Below are positions 48,104 to 57,192 of a DNA stretch of 64,000 bases, piece after piece. The first letter of the stretch is position 1, and the number at the start of each line of letters is the position of its first letter. Origin of the DNA: Candidatus Eremiobacteria bacterium (GTDB lineage Bacteria; Vulcanimicrobiota; Vulcanimicrobiia; Vulcanimicrobiales; Vulcanimicrobiaceae). The stretch spans positions 672,001-736,000 of the forward strand of contig CAVTRC010000001.1 in assembly GCA_963737065.1 (NCBI GenBank), given 5' to 3'. The translations under genes were made by a program, and so were the position numbers. The notes under the pieces are model-generated. The model was not told where the DNA came from. It did no database searches and worked only from the letters and a program-made list of their open reading frames with translations.

Positions 48104-48823
48104 GTGGCAAAACGTGTCCTCATCGCCGGCTTCGAACCGTTTGGCGGCGAAAAAATCAACCCCGGTGAAATGGTCGCGCGTAGTCTGGAAGGGCGAACGC
48201 TAGCGGGCCGGCCACTCGCCGTGCGCATCATCCCGGTCGAGACCCGTAACGTTCGCGAGCGCTTCGAGCGCGCGCTACTCGAGACCGATCCCGATATCGC
48301 GATCGCGCTCTCTCAATGCGCCGGGCGTACGGCGCTCTCATTGGAGCGCGTGGCGGTGAACGTCCTGGATTTCGAGCACCCCGACAATGTCGGCGTCATG
48401 CGCAAAGCCGATGTCATTTCGCGCGGCGGTGCCGACGCGCGCCTTTCGAATCTGCCATTCGATCGGATCGTCGATGCATGGACCGCGCGCGGCGTTCCGG
48501 GGTACGTCTCGAACTCGGCCGGCACGTTTATCGGAAACCAGGCGCTTTACGAAATGCTCGGCTTGACGCAACATGCGACGCCGCCCGTCGCAAGCGGCGT
48601 GGTCCATTTGCCGTATCTTCCTGCGCAAGCAATTGCGGCCGGAAGCGAATCCAATCCCTCGATGACGCTCGAACTGATGAAGAAGGGCGTTGAAACGCTG
48701 ATTGAAACCATCGTGGCGTGGGTCGAACAGCGGACGCCTGACGCGCCGAACGTCCGCGAACCGGGCAAGTCTGCGACGTGGATCCCGCGCGGTGTACGCG
48801 GTGTAAAGGAAGTAGAACGCTGA
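48104..48823 (+). CDS. pcp: Pyroglutamyl-peptidase I homolog lacking the catalytic Cys
   Basis: VLIAGFEPFGGEKINP, LERVAVN, VHLPY; AGTFIGN where family has AGTFVCN. Confidence 0.85.
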   Translation: MAKRVLIAGFEPFGGEKINPGEMVARSLEGRTLAGRPLAVRIIPVETRNVRERFERALLETDPDIAIALSQCAGRTALSLERVAVNVLDFEHPDNVGVMRKADVISRGGADARLSNLPFDRIVDAWTARGVPGYVSNSAGTFIGNQALYEMLGLTQHATPPVASGVVHLPYLPAQAIAAGSESNPSMTLELMKKGVETLIETIVAWVEQRTPDAPNVREPGKSATWIPRGVRGVKEVER

Positions 48824-50499
48824 GCGACCCACGCCTTTTGGCCATCCCCGATATTCATGGACACGCGAAGGGCGAGCACCGTGCTTTTGCCGAGGAGCGT
48901 CCCATCGCGTATTCACCGCGCATGCTCTTTCTGTGGTTTTATCACGCGTGCCGTCGCAACTCGCCGCGGTACATGATGGTGAGCGACCACGTGAACTATT
49001 TGACGTTTGAAGATCCCGGTGCGGTGCACACCGTGCGGCGCGCGCTCAAACTCGCGCATGCCGGCGACTTATACGGTGCGGCGGAAACAGCGGGCGTCGA
49101 CGTTGCGCATGCCGCGGTCGTAAGCGAAGGTTTGCGCAGGGGCATGCGCTTCTCCATTGGTGCGGAGGTCGACAACGATCCGCGTGCGAGACCCGATGCG
49201 CAGAATATCGTTGATGCAATGCGGCCGGACGGAATCATTCGCTCGGTCCATTTCTTGTCCGTCGATCACCCGGAAAAGGGCGCGGATTTCCAATGGCCCT
49301 ACGATAGCGCAGAGTTTGCCTTTTTGTGGGATCACGTGGGCGTCGAGCGCGCGTGGGAAGTTTATGTCGACCGCCTCGTCGACGATGTGGAGAAACTTCC
49401 CGGCCATGTCGTCGGACACTTCTATAAGCCGGCGATTTTGGGACACTGGCCCGACGACGTGAAGCTGCAGGCGTACGAGGATCGTATGCTCGATGCGGCG
49501 GCGGCGCGCGGCATGGCGGTGGAGATCAATACGCGTCCGCTCTACCGCGAATATTCTGACGAAGACCGCCAAAAGTACATCGACGTCAACAAGCGGCTGA
49601 TGCGCAAGGCGCAGCAAAAGGGTGTCGGCATCGCGATCGGTTCGGATGCGCACAGTCCGAAAGATCAGGCCGGTGCGTTCGAGGTCGTGCTGCAGATGCT
49701 CGACGAATGCGAGATCAACGAGATCGTGTTTCCCGTCAACGGACGGCTCGCGCGCGTTGTGCTGCGCGCAACGCGCGAGCATCTCGAAGCGCAACAACGC
49801 GCGCCCGAACCGTTGCAACCGGGAAGCAGCATCAGCGGTCTCGGGCGCGCGGAACTCGGGCTTCCCGAAGAACCGGAACGTCCGGCGGAAAAACCGCCGC
49901 GTGAACCGGCCGTTGCAAAGACCGCACGAGACACCGGTCCGAAGAAACGCGCGAGCAGTCCGGCACGCACCACGAAGAAGCCGGCCGCCGAAGAGCAGCC
50001 GGCAAAAGCAGCGACGTCGTCGTCGAAACGCAGCGCCGAATCAGCGGCATCCTCAGCGAAAGCGAAGGACACAAAAACCGCCGTAAGACCTGCCCCCGCG
50101 GTAAAGAGAAGCGCGGCTCCCGAGAAAAAGGCATCTGCCGAAAAGAAACCGGCAAAGAAATCACCGAACGCGTCAAAAGCCGCGCCCGCGAAAAAGGCGA
50201 ACGCAAAGAAAGCGAAGGCGCCCGCGAAAAAGACCGCTGCGAAGAAGGCTGTTCCGGCTCCAAAGAAAGCAACGGGCAAAAAAGCGGCGCCGAAGAAGCT
50301 TGCCGCGAAAAAACCCGTGCGACCAAAGAAGTCCCCGGCGAAGCCCGCCGCGAAGCCCGCGGCAAAGCCCGCCGCAAAAGCAGCTGCGAAGAAGGGCACC
50401 GCGAAGAAGCCTTCATCGACCGCAAAACCGGTGAAGAAAGGCTCGAAGCCGTCTAGCAAAGGGACGACGAAGAAAAAATCGACTAACAAGAGACGTTGA
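48820..50499 (+). CDS. PHP-domain phosphoesterase (histidinol-phosphatase-like) with histone-H1-like Lys/Ala/Pro tail
   Basis: DIHGH, SDH, GAEVD, SVH, GH, EIN, GSDAH; about 190-aa AKKP-rich C-terminus; CTGA overlap with pcp stop. Confidence 0.85.
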   Translation: MSDPRLLAIPDIHGHAKGEHRAFAEERPIAYSPRMLFLWFYHACRRNSPRYMMVSDHVNYLTFEDPGAVHTVRRALKLAHAGDLYGAAETAGVDVAHAAVVSEGLRRGMRFSIGAEVDNDPRARPDAQNIVDAMRPDGIIRSVHFLSVDHPEKGADFQWPYDSAEFAFLWDHVGVERAWEVYVDRLVDDVEKLPGHVVGHFYKPAILGHWPDDVKLQAYEDRMLDAAAARGMAVEINTRPLYREYSDEDRQKYIDVNKRLMRKAQQKGVGIAIGSDAHSPKDQAGAFEVVLQMLDECEINEIVFPVNGRLARVVLRATREHLEAQQRAPEPLQPGSSISGLGRAELGLPEEPERPAEKPPREPAVAKTARDTGPKKRASSPARTTKKPAAEEQPAKAATSSSKRSAESAASSAKAKDTKTAVRPAPAVKRSAAPEKKASAEKKPAKKSPNASKAAPAKKANAKKAKAPAKKTAAKKAVPAPKKATGKKAAPKKLAAKKPVRPKKSPAKPAAKPAAKPAAKAAAKKGTAKKPSSTAKPVKKGSKPSSKGTTKKKSTNKRR

Positions 50500-50511
50500 G
50501 GAGTCGTAGCT

Positions 50512-52569
50512 ATGGCGGAGATCGATCGCCGGCGCAATATCGCTTTCGTGGGCCCGCATCACGCCGGCAAAACCACGCTCGTGGAGGCCGTGCTCGCGCA
50601 TTGTGGGGCGATCGGCCGCCGCGGTTCGATCGCCGACGGTACGACCGTCACCGATCACGAACCCGAAGATATATCCCACGCGCAGTCCACGACCGTCGGA
50701 TTCGCGCACTGCTCGTGCGGACCGATCGATGCCACGATCGTCGATTGTCCCGGATTCATCGACTTCTTCGAGGAGACGAAGATGGTCCTCGGCGGCGTCG
50801 ATGCTGCCGTCATCGTCGTCGATGCGGATCCTTCGCGTGCTTCGCACACGCAGACGCTCGTAGATTATGTCGAGTCGCGGAAGATGCCGCACTGTTTCGT
50901 CGTCAATAAAATGGATCGGCCGGGCGCGGATTTCGAAGGTACGCTGCAAGCGCTACAGGCGCTGTACGGACGCCACGTCGTCGCGGAACAATGGCCCGTC
51001 GTCGACAAGTCGAAAGCGAACGATAAATCGAGCGGATTTGCCGCGTACGTCGACCTCGCCGACATGACCGCGCACGCATTCGCCGGCGACGGCGAAGCAG
51101 ACGCCGCCGTCCCGGGTGAGATTCTCGATCGGGTCAAAAGCGCGCACACCGAGTTGCTCGAAGCGATCGCCGATTTCGACGACCATTTGATGGAAGAGTT
51201 ACTCGAAGGCGTGGAGCCGGCGCTCGAGGAGGTGGAACGCGACCTATGCGATGAGTGCGCACACGACCAAATCGTGCCGGTCCTCGTCACATCCGCAGCA
51301 ACCGGTAACGGCGTCGGCGCACTCGTGCGCGCGATCGAGAAGTGGTTGCCCTCGCCCGCGCAAGCGCCGCAGCTCGACGCCGAAGGACGCGAGATCGCAG
51401 CCGACGCAGATGCACCGGTCGTGGCGCGCGTCATCAAGACGATCAATCATCCGCAGTCCGGCAAACTTTCCGTCGTTCGCGTGCTCTGCGGGACCCTCAA
51501 AGCCGACGCAACACTCACCGACATCTCGGCAAACGATGAAAAAGCGCGCTCCGGCGGTCTCTATCGGTTGCAAGGAAAGAAGCAAGAAGCGATTACCGAA
51601 GCGGGGCCGGGATCGATCGTGGCGATCGCGCGCCTGGAACCGGTCAAAACGGGAGACACCCTCACAAGCAACGGCCACAAGGTTCTTCTTCCGCGCGCAC
51701 CGGTCGCCGAGCCGTGCTTTGCAATGGCGATCAAGCCCAAAGACCGCATCGACGAAGCAAAAATCTTCCAGATGCTGGCCCGGATCGTGGACGAAGACCC
51801 GGCGTTGCGCTTAGCACGTGCCGATATCACGAACGAATTTCTCCTTCTCGGCAGCGGCGAGCAGCACGTTACGATCGCAGTCGAACGTCTCGCACGAAAA
51901 TATAAAGTCGAAGTGGAGATGGCGGCGCCTCAGATTCCGTACCAAGAGACGATCACGACGGGCACCGAGATTCACTCGCGCTACAAACACCAAACGGGCG
52001 GTCACGGACAATTCGGCGACGTGTGGCTTCGCTTTGAGCCGCGCGAACGCGGCAACGGCGTGACGTTCGACGAGAAAATCGTCGGCGGCGTCGTGCCGAG
52101 GCAATTCATCCCGGCGGTCGAAAAAGGCGTGCGCGAAGCGCTGATGCATGGTCCGAACGGATATCCGGTTACGGACATTCACGTGACGCTCTACGACGGG
52201 CAGTATCATGACGTCGACTCGAGCGAACAATCGTTCAAGACCGCGGCCGGTATGGGCGTTCGCGATGCGCTTCCGAAGTGCCATCCGGTCGTGCTCGAAC
52301 CGGTCTCACGCGTGACGGTCACCGTGCCGACGCATTACACGTCGACCGTGATTCAGCAACTCACCGGAAAGCGCGGGCAGATCCTCGGGATGAATCCCGC
52401 GGATCGAAGCGGATCCGATGTCATCGAGGCGGACGTGCCGCAAGTGGAGCTTTCACGCTATATCACGGAGTTACGCACGGCGACGCAGGGGCTGGGTACG
52501 TACGGCGCTCGCCACGACCGCTATGACCCGGTGCCCGGAAATCGCGTAGGACCGAAGGCCGCCGTGTAG
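50512..52569 (+). CDS. Elongation factor G paralog (EF-G2-like)
   Basis: GPHHAGKTT, DCPG, NKMD, KHQTGGHGQFG, YHDVDSSE; divergent G1; outside str operon. Confidence 0.92.
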   Translation: MAEIDRRRNIAFVGPHHAGKTTLVEAVLAHCGAIGRRGSIADGTTVTDHEPEDISHAQSTTVGFAHCSCGPIDATIVDCPGFIDFFEETKMVLGGVDAAVIVVDADPSRASHTQTLVDYVESRKMPHCFVVNKMDRPGADFEGTLQALQALYGRHVVAEQWPVVDKSKANDKSSGFAAYVDLADMTAHAFAGDGEADAAVPGEILDRVKSAHTELLEAIADFDDHLMEELLEGVEPALEEVERDLCDECAHDQIVPVLVTSAATGNGVGALVRAIEKWLPSPAQAPQLDAEGREIAADADAPVVARVIKTINHPQSGKLSVVRVLCGTLKADATLTDISANDEKARSGGLYRLQGKKQEAITEAGPGSIVAIARLEPVKTGDTLTSNGHKVLLPRAPVAEPCFAMAIKPKDRIDEAKIFQMLARIVDEDPALRLARADITNEFLLLGSGEQHVTIAVERLARKYKVEVEMAAPQIPYQETITTGTEIHSRYKHQTGGHGQFGDVWLRFEPRERGNGVTFDEKIVGGVVPRQFIPAVEKGVREALMHGPNGYPVTDIHVTLYDGQYHDVDSSEQSFKTAAGMGVRDALPKCHPVVLEPVSRVTVTVPTHYTSTVIQQLTGKRGQILGMNPADRSGSDVIEADVPQVELSRYITELRTATQGLGTYGARHDRYDPVPGNRVGPKAAV

Positions 52570-52590
52570 CGGGCCGCAAAAGACAGGCGG

Positions 52591-54219
52591 GTGAAACGAG
52601 CCTTTGCTCTCGTGGCAATGACCGCCATGATTTGCGGTTGTTCGAAAGTCTCCACGTCGAGCGGCGTGACGAGCGGAGATCACTCGTGGACGAAACCGGG
52701 CCTGCTTCGGGTGTCGATTCAGTCCGAGCCGAAGAGCCTCAATACACTGCTGTCGTCGAACACAACGGACGGCATGATTGATGAGCTCATCTTCGATCCG
52801 CTCGTTAGCGCGGATCCGAAGGGCAACCTTGTGCCGGTGCTGGCGACGGAGGTTCCTACAGAGGACAACGGCGGCATCAGCAAAGACGGTTTAACGGTCA
52901 CGTATCATCTCCATAAAGACGTCACGTGGAGCGACGGCCAGCCGCTGACGAGCAAAGACGTGAAGTTTTCGTGGCAAGCGATGATGATTCGAGACAACAA
53001 CGTGGTGTCGCGCCACGGTTTTGATGAGGTCTCATCGGTCGACACACCCGATGATACGACGGTCGTTCTTCATCTCAAAGAGAAGTTTGCGCCGATCATC
53101 GTCGAGTTCTTCGGACCCAGCGACAACCCCGAAGAGGTCGCGCCGGAACACGTCCTCGCCAAGTATCCGAACATCAATCAAATTCCGTTCAATAACGAGC
53201 CGATTGGGTCGGGCCCCTTCAAACTCGCAGAGTGGGTCAAAGGCGATCATATCACCCTCGTCGCAAACGACAAGTACTTCCGCGGCGCGCCGGCCGTCAA
53301 GCAAATCATCATCCGCGTGGTTCCCGACGAGAACACGTCGTTGAACTTGCTGCGCACGCACGAGATCGACTGGATGTTCGAGCCGTCGTATGCCACGTAT
53401 GCGGCGTTGCGCACGATGCAAAACGTTACAACGCATTTCAACGACATCAACGGCTGGGAAGGCATGTGGATCAACACCTCACATGCGCCGCTCAATGACC
53501 TCCGCGTCCGTCGCGCGATCGCCTACGCGACCGATAAGAAACAGTTGCTCGACGAGCTGACGTTCAGTCAAGAAAAGCTTGCGACGGAAGATTTGCCCGA
53601 CTGGATCTGGGCCTACAATCCAAACGTCACGACGTATCCACACGACGTCGCGAAAGCGCGCCAACTATTGGAAAGCGACGGCTATGCGGCCGGCGCCGAT
53701 GGAACGATGAAAAAGAACGGCGAGAAAATCTCCCTGCTCATCGTGACGAACGTCAGCAACGCCACCCGCCGCAAAGCAAGCGTGCTGCTGCAATCGATGC
53801 TTCGGCAAGTGGGAATCGAAAGTCAGATCAAGTACTTCGATGGTGCCACGCTCTTCGCGCCTGCGCCGGTCGGCATTCTGCAAACGGGAAAATTCGATCT
53901 CGCACTGGCCGGGTGGTTCTCCGGCGTCGACCCTGACAATTCGTCGCAGTACGTCTGCAAGAACATCCCGCCCGCGGGCTACAACTACACCCGGTACTGC
54001 TCGCCGCGGATGGACGCGGCGCAGCGTCAGGCGCTCGAAAATTACGATCAGCCGACGCGGAAGAAAGCGTACGCGCAGATAGAAGAACTCTTGGCGACCG
54101 ACGTGCCGCAGGTGTTTTTCTGGTGGAATCGGCAAGCGCAAGCGATAAACCCCGATTTCAAAAACTTTGATCCTAATCCCGTCTCGGAGTCGTGGAACGC
54201 GTATCAATGGAGCATTTAG
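52591..54219 (+). CDS. Peptide ABC transporter substrate-binding lipoprotein (family 5)
   Basis: Lipobox ICGC; PVLATEVP, DGLTVTYHL, IGSGPFK. Confidence 0.92.
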   Translation: MKRAFALVAMTAMICGCSKVSTSSGVTSGDHSWTKPGLLRVSIQSEPKSLNTLLSSNTTDGMIDELIFDPLVSADPKGNLVPVLATEVPTEDNGGISKDGLTVTYHLHKDVTWSDGQPLTSKDVKFSWQAMMIRDNNVVSRHGFDEVSSVDTPDDTTVVLHLKEKFAPIIVEFFGPSDNPEEVAPEHVLAKYPNINQIPFNNEPIGSGPFKLAEWVKGDHITLVANDKYFRGAPAVKQIIIRVVPDENTSLNLLRTHEIDWMFEPSYATYAALRTMQNVTTHFNDINGWEGMWINTSHAPLNDLRVRRAIAYATDKKQLLDELTFSQEKLATEDLPDWIWAYNPNVTTYPHDVAKARQLLESDGYAAGADGTMKKNGEKISLLIVTNVSNATRRKASVLLQSMLRQVGIESQIKYFDGATLFAPAPVGILQTGKFDLALAGWFSGVDPDNSSQYVCKNIPPAGYNYTRYCSPRMDAAQRQALENYDQPTRKKAYAQIEELLATDVPQVFFWWNRQAQAINPDFKNFDPNPVSESWNAYQWSI

Positions 54220-54761
54220 GTCACCCCGACCAACCTACAGGTCCGCTTCCCGAACTCATCTGGTTGAAAAAGATTATCGTCGAACGCGCGCTTACGCGCG
54301 GAGAATACATGCTCTCCGGCGGCGCGCGCAGCGACTACTACATCGATAAATTCCGGCTCTTCTCCGATCCGCACGTCCTCCGCCGCATCGCACGCATGTT
54401 CGTCCCCGTCCTGACGGAGACCAATCCGGACCTCATCGCGGGCACGGAGCTTGGCGGCGTCGTCATCGCAACGGCCGTTTCGCAGTTATCGGGAATTCCG
54501 ATGATCGCAGTGCGCAAATCGCCGAAAGCCTACGGCGCGTTCGCAAACGAATACGTCGAAGGCCCGTTCGATGCCGGGCAACACGTGCTGCTGCTCGAAG
54601 ATGTCGTCACATCGGGACGCGAGTTGCTCGCAGCGAAGGCACGGCTGGAAGAACTCGGGCTGCGCGTCACCGCATGCGCGGTCGTCAGCCGCGGCCTGGC
54701 TCCAATCCGCGCCTTGATTCAATTCTCACTGCCCCGCGGCCAAGCAAAGACGGAAAACTAA
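54207..54761 (+). CDS. pyrE: Orotate phosphoribosyltransferase
   Basis: LSGGARSDYYIDK, VRK..K.YG, LLEDVVTSG PRPP motif. Confidence 0.85.
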   Translation: MEHLGHPDQPTGPLPELIWLKKIIVERALTRGEYMLSGGARSDYYIDKFRLFSDPHVLRRIARMFVPVLTETNPDLIAGTELGGVVIATAVSQLSGIPMIAVRKSPKAYGAFANEYVEGPFDAGQHVLLLEDVVTSGRELLAAKARLEELGLRVTACAVVSRGLAPIRALIQFSLPRGQAKTEN

Positions 54762-54774
54762 TAACTGCAGGCCA

Positions 54775-55233
54775 TTACGGCAGCGAGGCGAGCACCTCTT
54801 GAGCGTGTCCGTCGACTTTCACCTTCGGCCACACTTTCACGATCTTGCCTTTCGGATCGATCAAGAACGTCGAACGCGCCACTCCTTTCGTGATCTTTCC
54901 GTACATATTTTTCTCTACGATCACGCCCATTGCGTCGCAGAGCTTTGAATCCGTATCAGCAAGCAACGTAAACGGGAAGCCGAACTTCTTTTTGAACTTC
55001 TGATGCGATTCGACCGAATCGCGGCTAACGCCGACGATCGTCGCCTTCTTCTTTTGGAATTCGGCGTACAGATCGGCAAACTGCGTGCCTTCGTTGGTTC
55101 AACCTGGTGTATCGTCTTTCGGATAGAACCACATCACCACGTTGCCCTTACCGAGAAGATCGTGAGTCGACACACGAATTCCCCGGTCGTCGAGCAACGT
55201 GAGGTCCGGCAACGTATCACCTTCGGTTAACAT
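54775..55233 (-). CDS. bcp: Bcp/PrxQ peroxiredoxin with in-frame UGA at catalytic position (probable selenoprotein)
   Basis: WFYPKDDTPG-TGA(55099-101)-TNEGTQFADLY..GVSRDSVESHQKF..RSTFLID in one frame; UGA is codon 45. Confidence 0.88.
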
Positions 55234-55327
55234 CCGCATCTCCTCCCCTCCCGCGATGACGAGCGAAGCGATTCGTACGCAAGGTACTCTCCGTCGACGA
55301 CGATAATGAGCGTCTCGGTCGCCATAG

Positions 55328-55885
55328 ATGTCGCCTGATTCGCCGCAACCCGCGCTTCGCCCGCCGCATCCGCTCGCGCTCGAGTTGGTCGATTGCCTTC
55401 GCGATCGCGCGGGCGCGTCGGTTCTCGAAATCGGGCGCGGCAGCGGCCGCAATACGCGCGTGCTTCAAGCGGCCGGCTTCCGCGTCATCGGTCTGGACGA
55501 CGAAGAAACGGCGGCCGGCGCATTGAGCACGCATACGTTTTTGCACGGCACACCGGCATCGATGCATGCAATGCTTGCGCGCGTAGCGGAAAGGCTCGCG
55601 CACTCCGCACCGTTTTTCGTCACATTTGGCTCCGTACGTGACGCGCGCTACGGCCAGGGAACGCGGATCGACGAACATGTGTACGCGCCTGATTTCGGAG
55701 ACGAACGAGGCGTGCCGCATGCATTTTTCAATGCGCGGACGTTGCGGCTGTTCCTAGCGCAAGCAGCGTGGTGCGTGGAATCGCTGCGCGAGGAGCCGGT
55801 CGACGACGTAGCGGGGACATGGGCGCACGAGCAGTCGCCGTTGCGCGGTGCGTTCCACTGGTTTACGGTACTGCGCCGTCAATAG
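55328..55885 (+). CDS. SAM-methyltransferase-like protein (shortened)
   Basis: VLEIGRGSGRNTRVLQAAGFRVIGLD motif I. Confidence 0.65.
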   Translation: MSPDSPQPALRPPHPLALELVDCLRDRAGASVLEIGRGSGRNTRVLQAAGFRVIGLDDEETAAGALSTHTFLHGTPASMHAMLARVAERLAHSAPFFVTFGSVRDARYGQGTRIDEHVYAPDFGDERGVPHAFFNARTLRLFLAQAAWCVESLREEPVDDVAGTWAHEQSPLRGAFHWFTVLRRQ

Positions 55886-56196
55886 CGCGGAATCGAAGCG
55901 TCGATCTCCAGCGCATAGGCGTCGATCCCGCCATCGACGTTGCATACATCGGCGAAACCGCGCGCCTCGAGGAACGCCGCGACACGCTCGCTTCGACCTC
56001 CATGGTGACACATCACTGCGATCGGTGTATTTTGCGGCAGCTCACCGACACGCGCCGGAATCTCGCGCATCGGAATCATGACGCTCTCGGGCAGCGCCGC
56101 GGCTGCAACTTCATCCGGTTCACGGACGTCGAGCAGCACGAACGCTTTTCCCTCCCGCCGCCAACGAGCGAGATCTTTCACGCTGATCTCGCGCAT
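55879..56196 (-). CDS. Rhodanese-like sulfurtransferase
   Basis: LLDVREPDE, CHHGGRS, NVDGGIDAY; downstream of thiG. Confidence 0.92.
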   Translation of the reverse strand: MREISVKDLARWRREGKAFVLLDVREPDEVAAAALPESVMIPMREIPARVGELPQNTPIAVMCHHGGRSERVAAFLEARGFADVCNVDGGIDAYALEIDASIPRY

Positions 56197-56984
56197 TACG
56201 TCGCGCTCCGTGTCGAGATAAGATTACGCAACGGACTCGACGCGTTCGCATAGAGCCGCTTCTCCATACGTCCGGCGAGAAACGCTTCGCGACCGGCAAC
56301 GACGGCATGTTTCATCGCGCGTGCCATGAGTACCGGATCGTTCGCGGCCGCGATGCCGGTGTTCATCAGCAAAGCATCGACGCCGAGTTCCATCGCGATC
56401 GCGGCGTCGGAAGCGGTACCCACGCCCGCGTCGACGATCACCGGGACCTGTGCGCGTTCTTTGATGATCCGAATCGTATATGGATTGCAGACCCCGAGCC
56501 CGCTGCCGATCGGCGCGGCGAGCGGCATCACGGCCGCGCATCCGAGTTCTTCCAATTGTTTGCATACGACCGGATCGTCGCCGATATACGGCAATACCGT
56601 GAATCCGTCCGCGATCAACTGCTCGGCCGCCGCTAAGGTTTCACGCGCGTCCGGATGCAGCGTTTGGGCGTCGCCGATGACTTCGAGTTTGACTAAATCG
56701 GTTTCGAGCAACTCACGCGCGAGTTGCGCAGTGAGCACTGCGTCTTTTGCGGTGTAGCAGCCGGCGGTGTTCGGAAGAATGCGAAGCTTCGCGCGGTCGA
56801 TGTAATCGAGCATCGTCTTGCCGGTCGGATCGTCGAGATTGATCCGGCGAATCGCGACCGTCACCATCTCCGCGCCGCTCGCGGCATGCGCTTCCTGCAT
56901 CACTTCAATCGACGGATACTTTCCGGTCCCGACAATCAGACGCGAGCCGAACTGGTACTTTCCGATACTGAGCGTGTCGTTCAT
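56196..56984 (-). CDS. thiG: Thiazole synthase
   Basis: [47 protein letters not shown]. Confidence 0.97.
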   Translation of the reverse strand: MNDTLSIGKYQFGSRLIVGTGKYPSIEVMQEAHAASGAEMVTVAIRRINLDDPTGKTMLDYIDRAKLRILPNTAGCYTAKDAVLTAQLARELLETDLVKLEVIGDAQTLHPDARETLAAAEQLIADGFTVLPYIGDDPVVCKQLEELGCAAVMPLAAPIGSGLGVCNPYTIRIIKERAQVPVIVDAGVGTASDAAIAMELGVDALLMNTGIAAANDPVLMARAMKHAVVAGREAFLAGRMEKRLYANASSPLRNLISTRSAT

Positions 56985-56991
56985 AGGGTTC

Positions 56992-57192
56992 CTATCCGCC
57001 GGCGACGGCCCGAATGATTTCGATCGTATCGCCGTCGGCGATCTGCTGTGTCTTGAATTCCGCGCGACGCACCACTCGGTCGTTGTGCGACACCGCTATA
57101 CCCGATCGCGGTGCACCGACATCTTCGAGCAGCTTCGAAACGGTCGTTCCGTCCGCAAGCTCGCGCAGCTCACCGTTGATCGTCGCCTTCAC
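56992..57192 (-). CDS. thiS: Sulfur carrier protein ThiS
   Basis: 66 aa, INGE start, C-terminal AVAGG. Confidence 0.95.
   Translation of the reverse strand: MKATINGELRELADGTTVSKLLEDVGAPRSGIAVSHNDRVVRRAEFKTQQIADGDTIEIIRAVAGG

Noticed and set aside
50330..50380. 12-bp tandem repeats (GCGAAGCCCGCC)
   Set aside because: Coding AKPA repeats, not a CRISPR or iteron array
49665..50537. 290-aa minus-strand Phe/Ala/Gly-rich ORF
   Set aside because: Antisense shadow of the Lys/Ala/Pro tail codons
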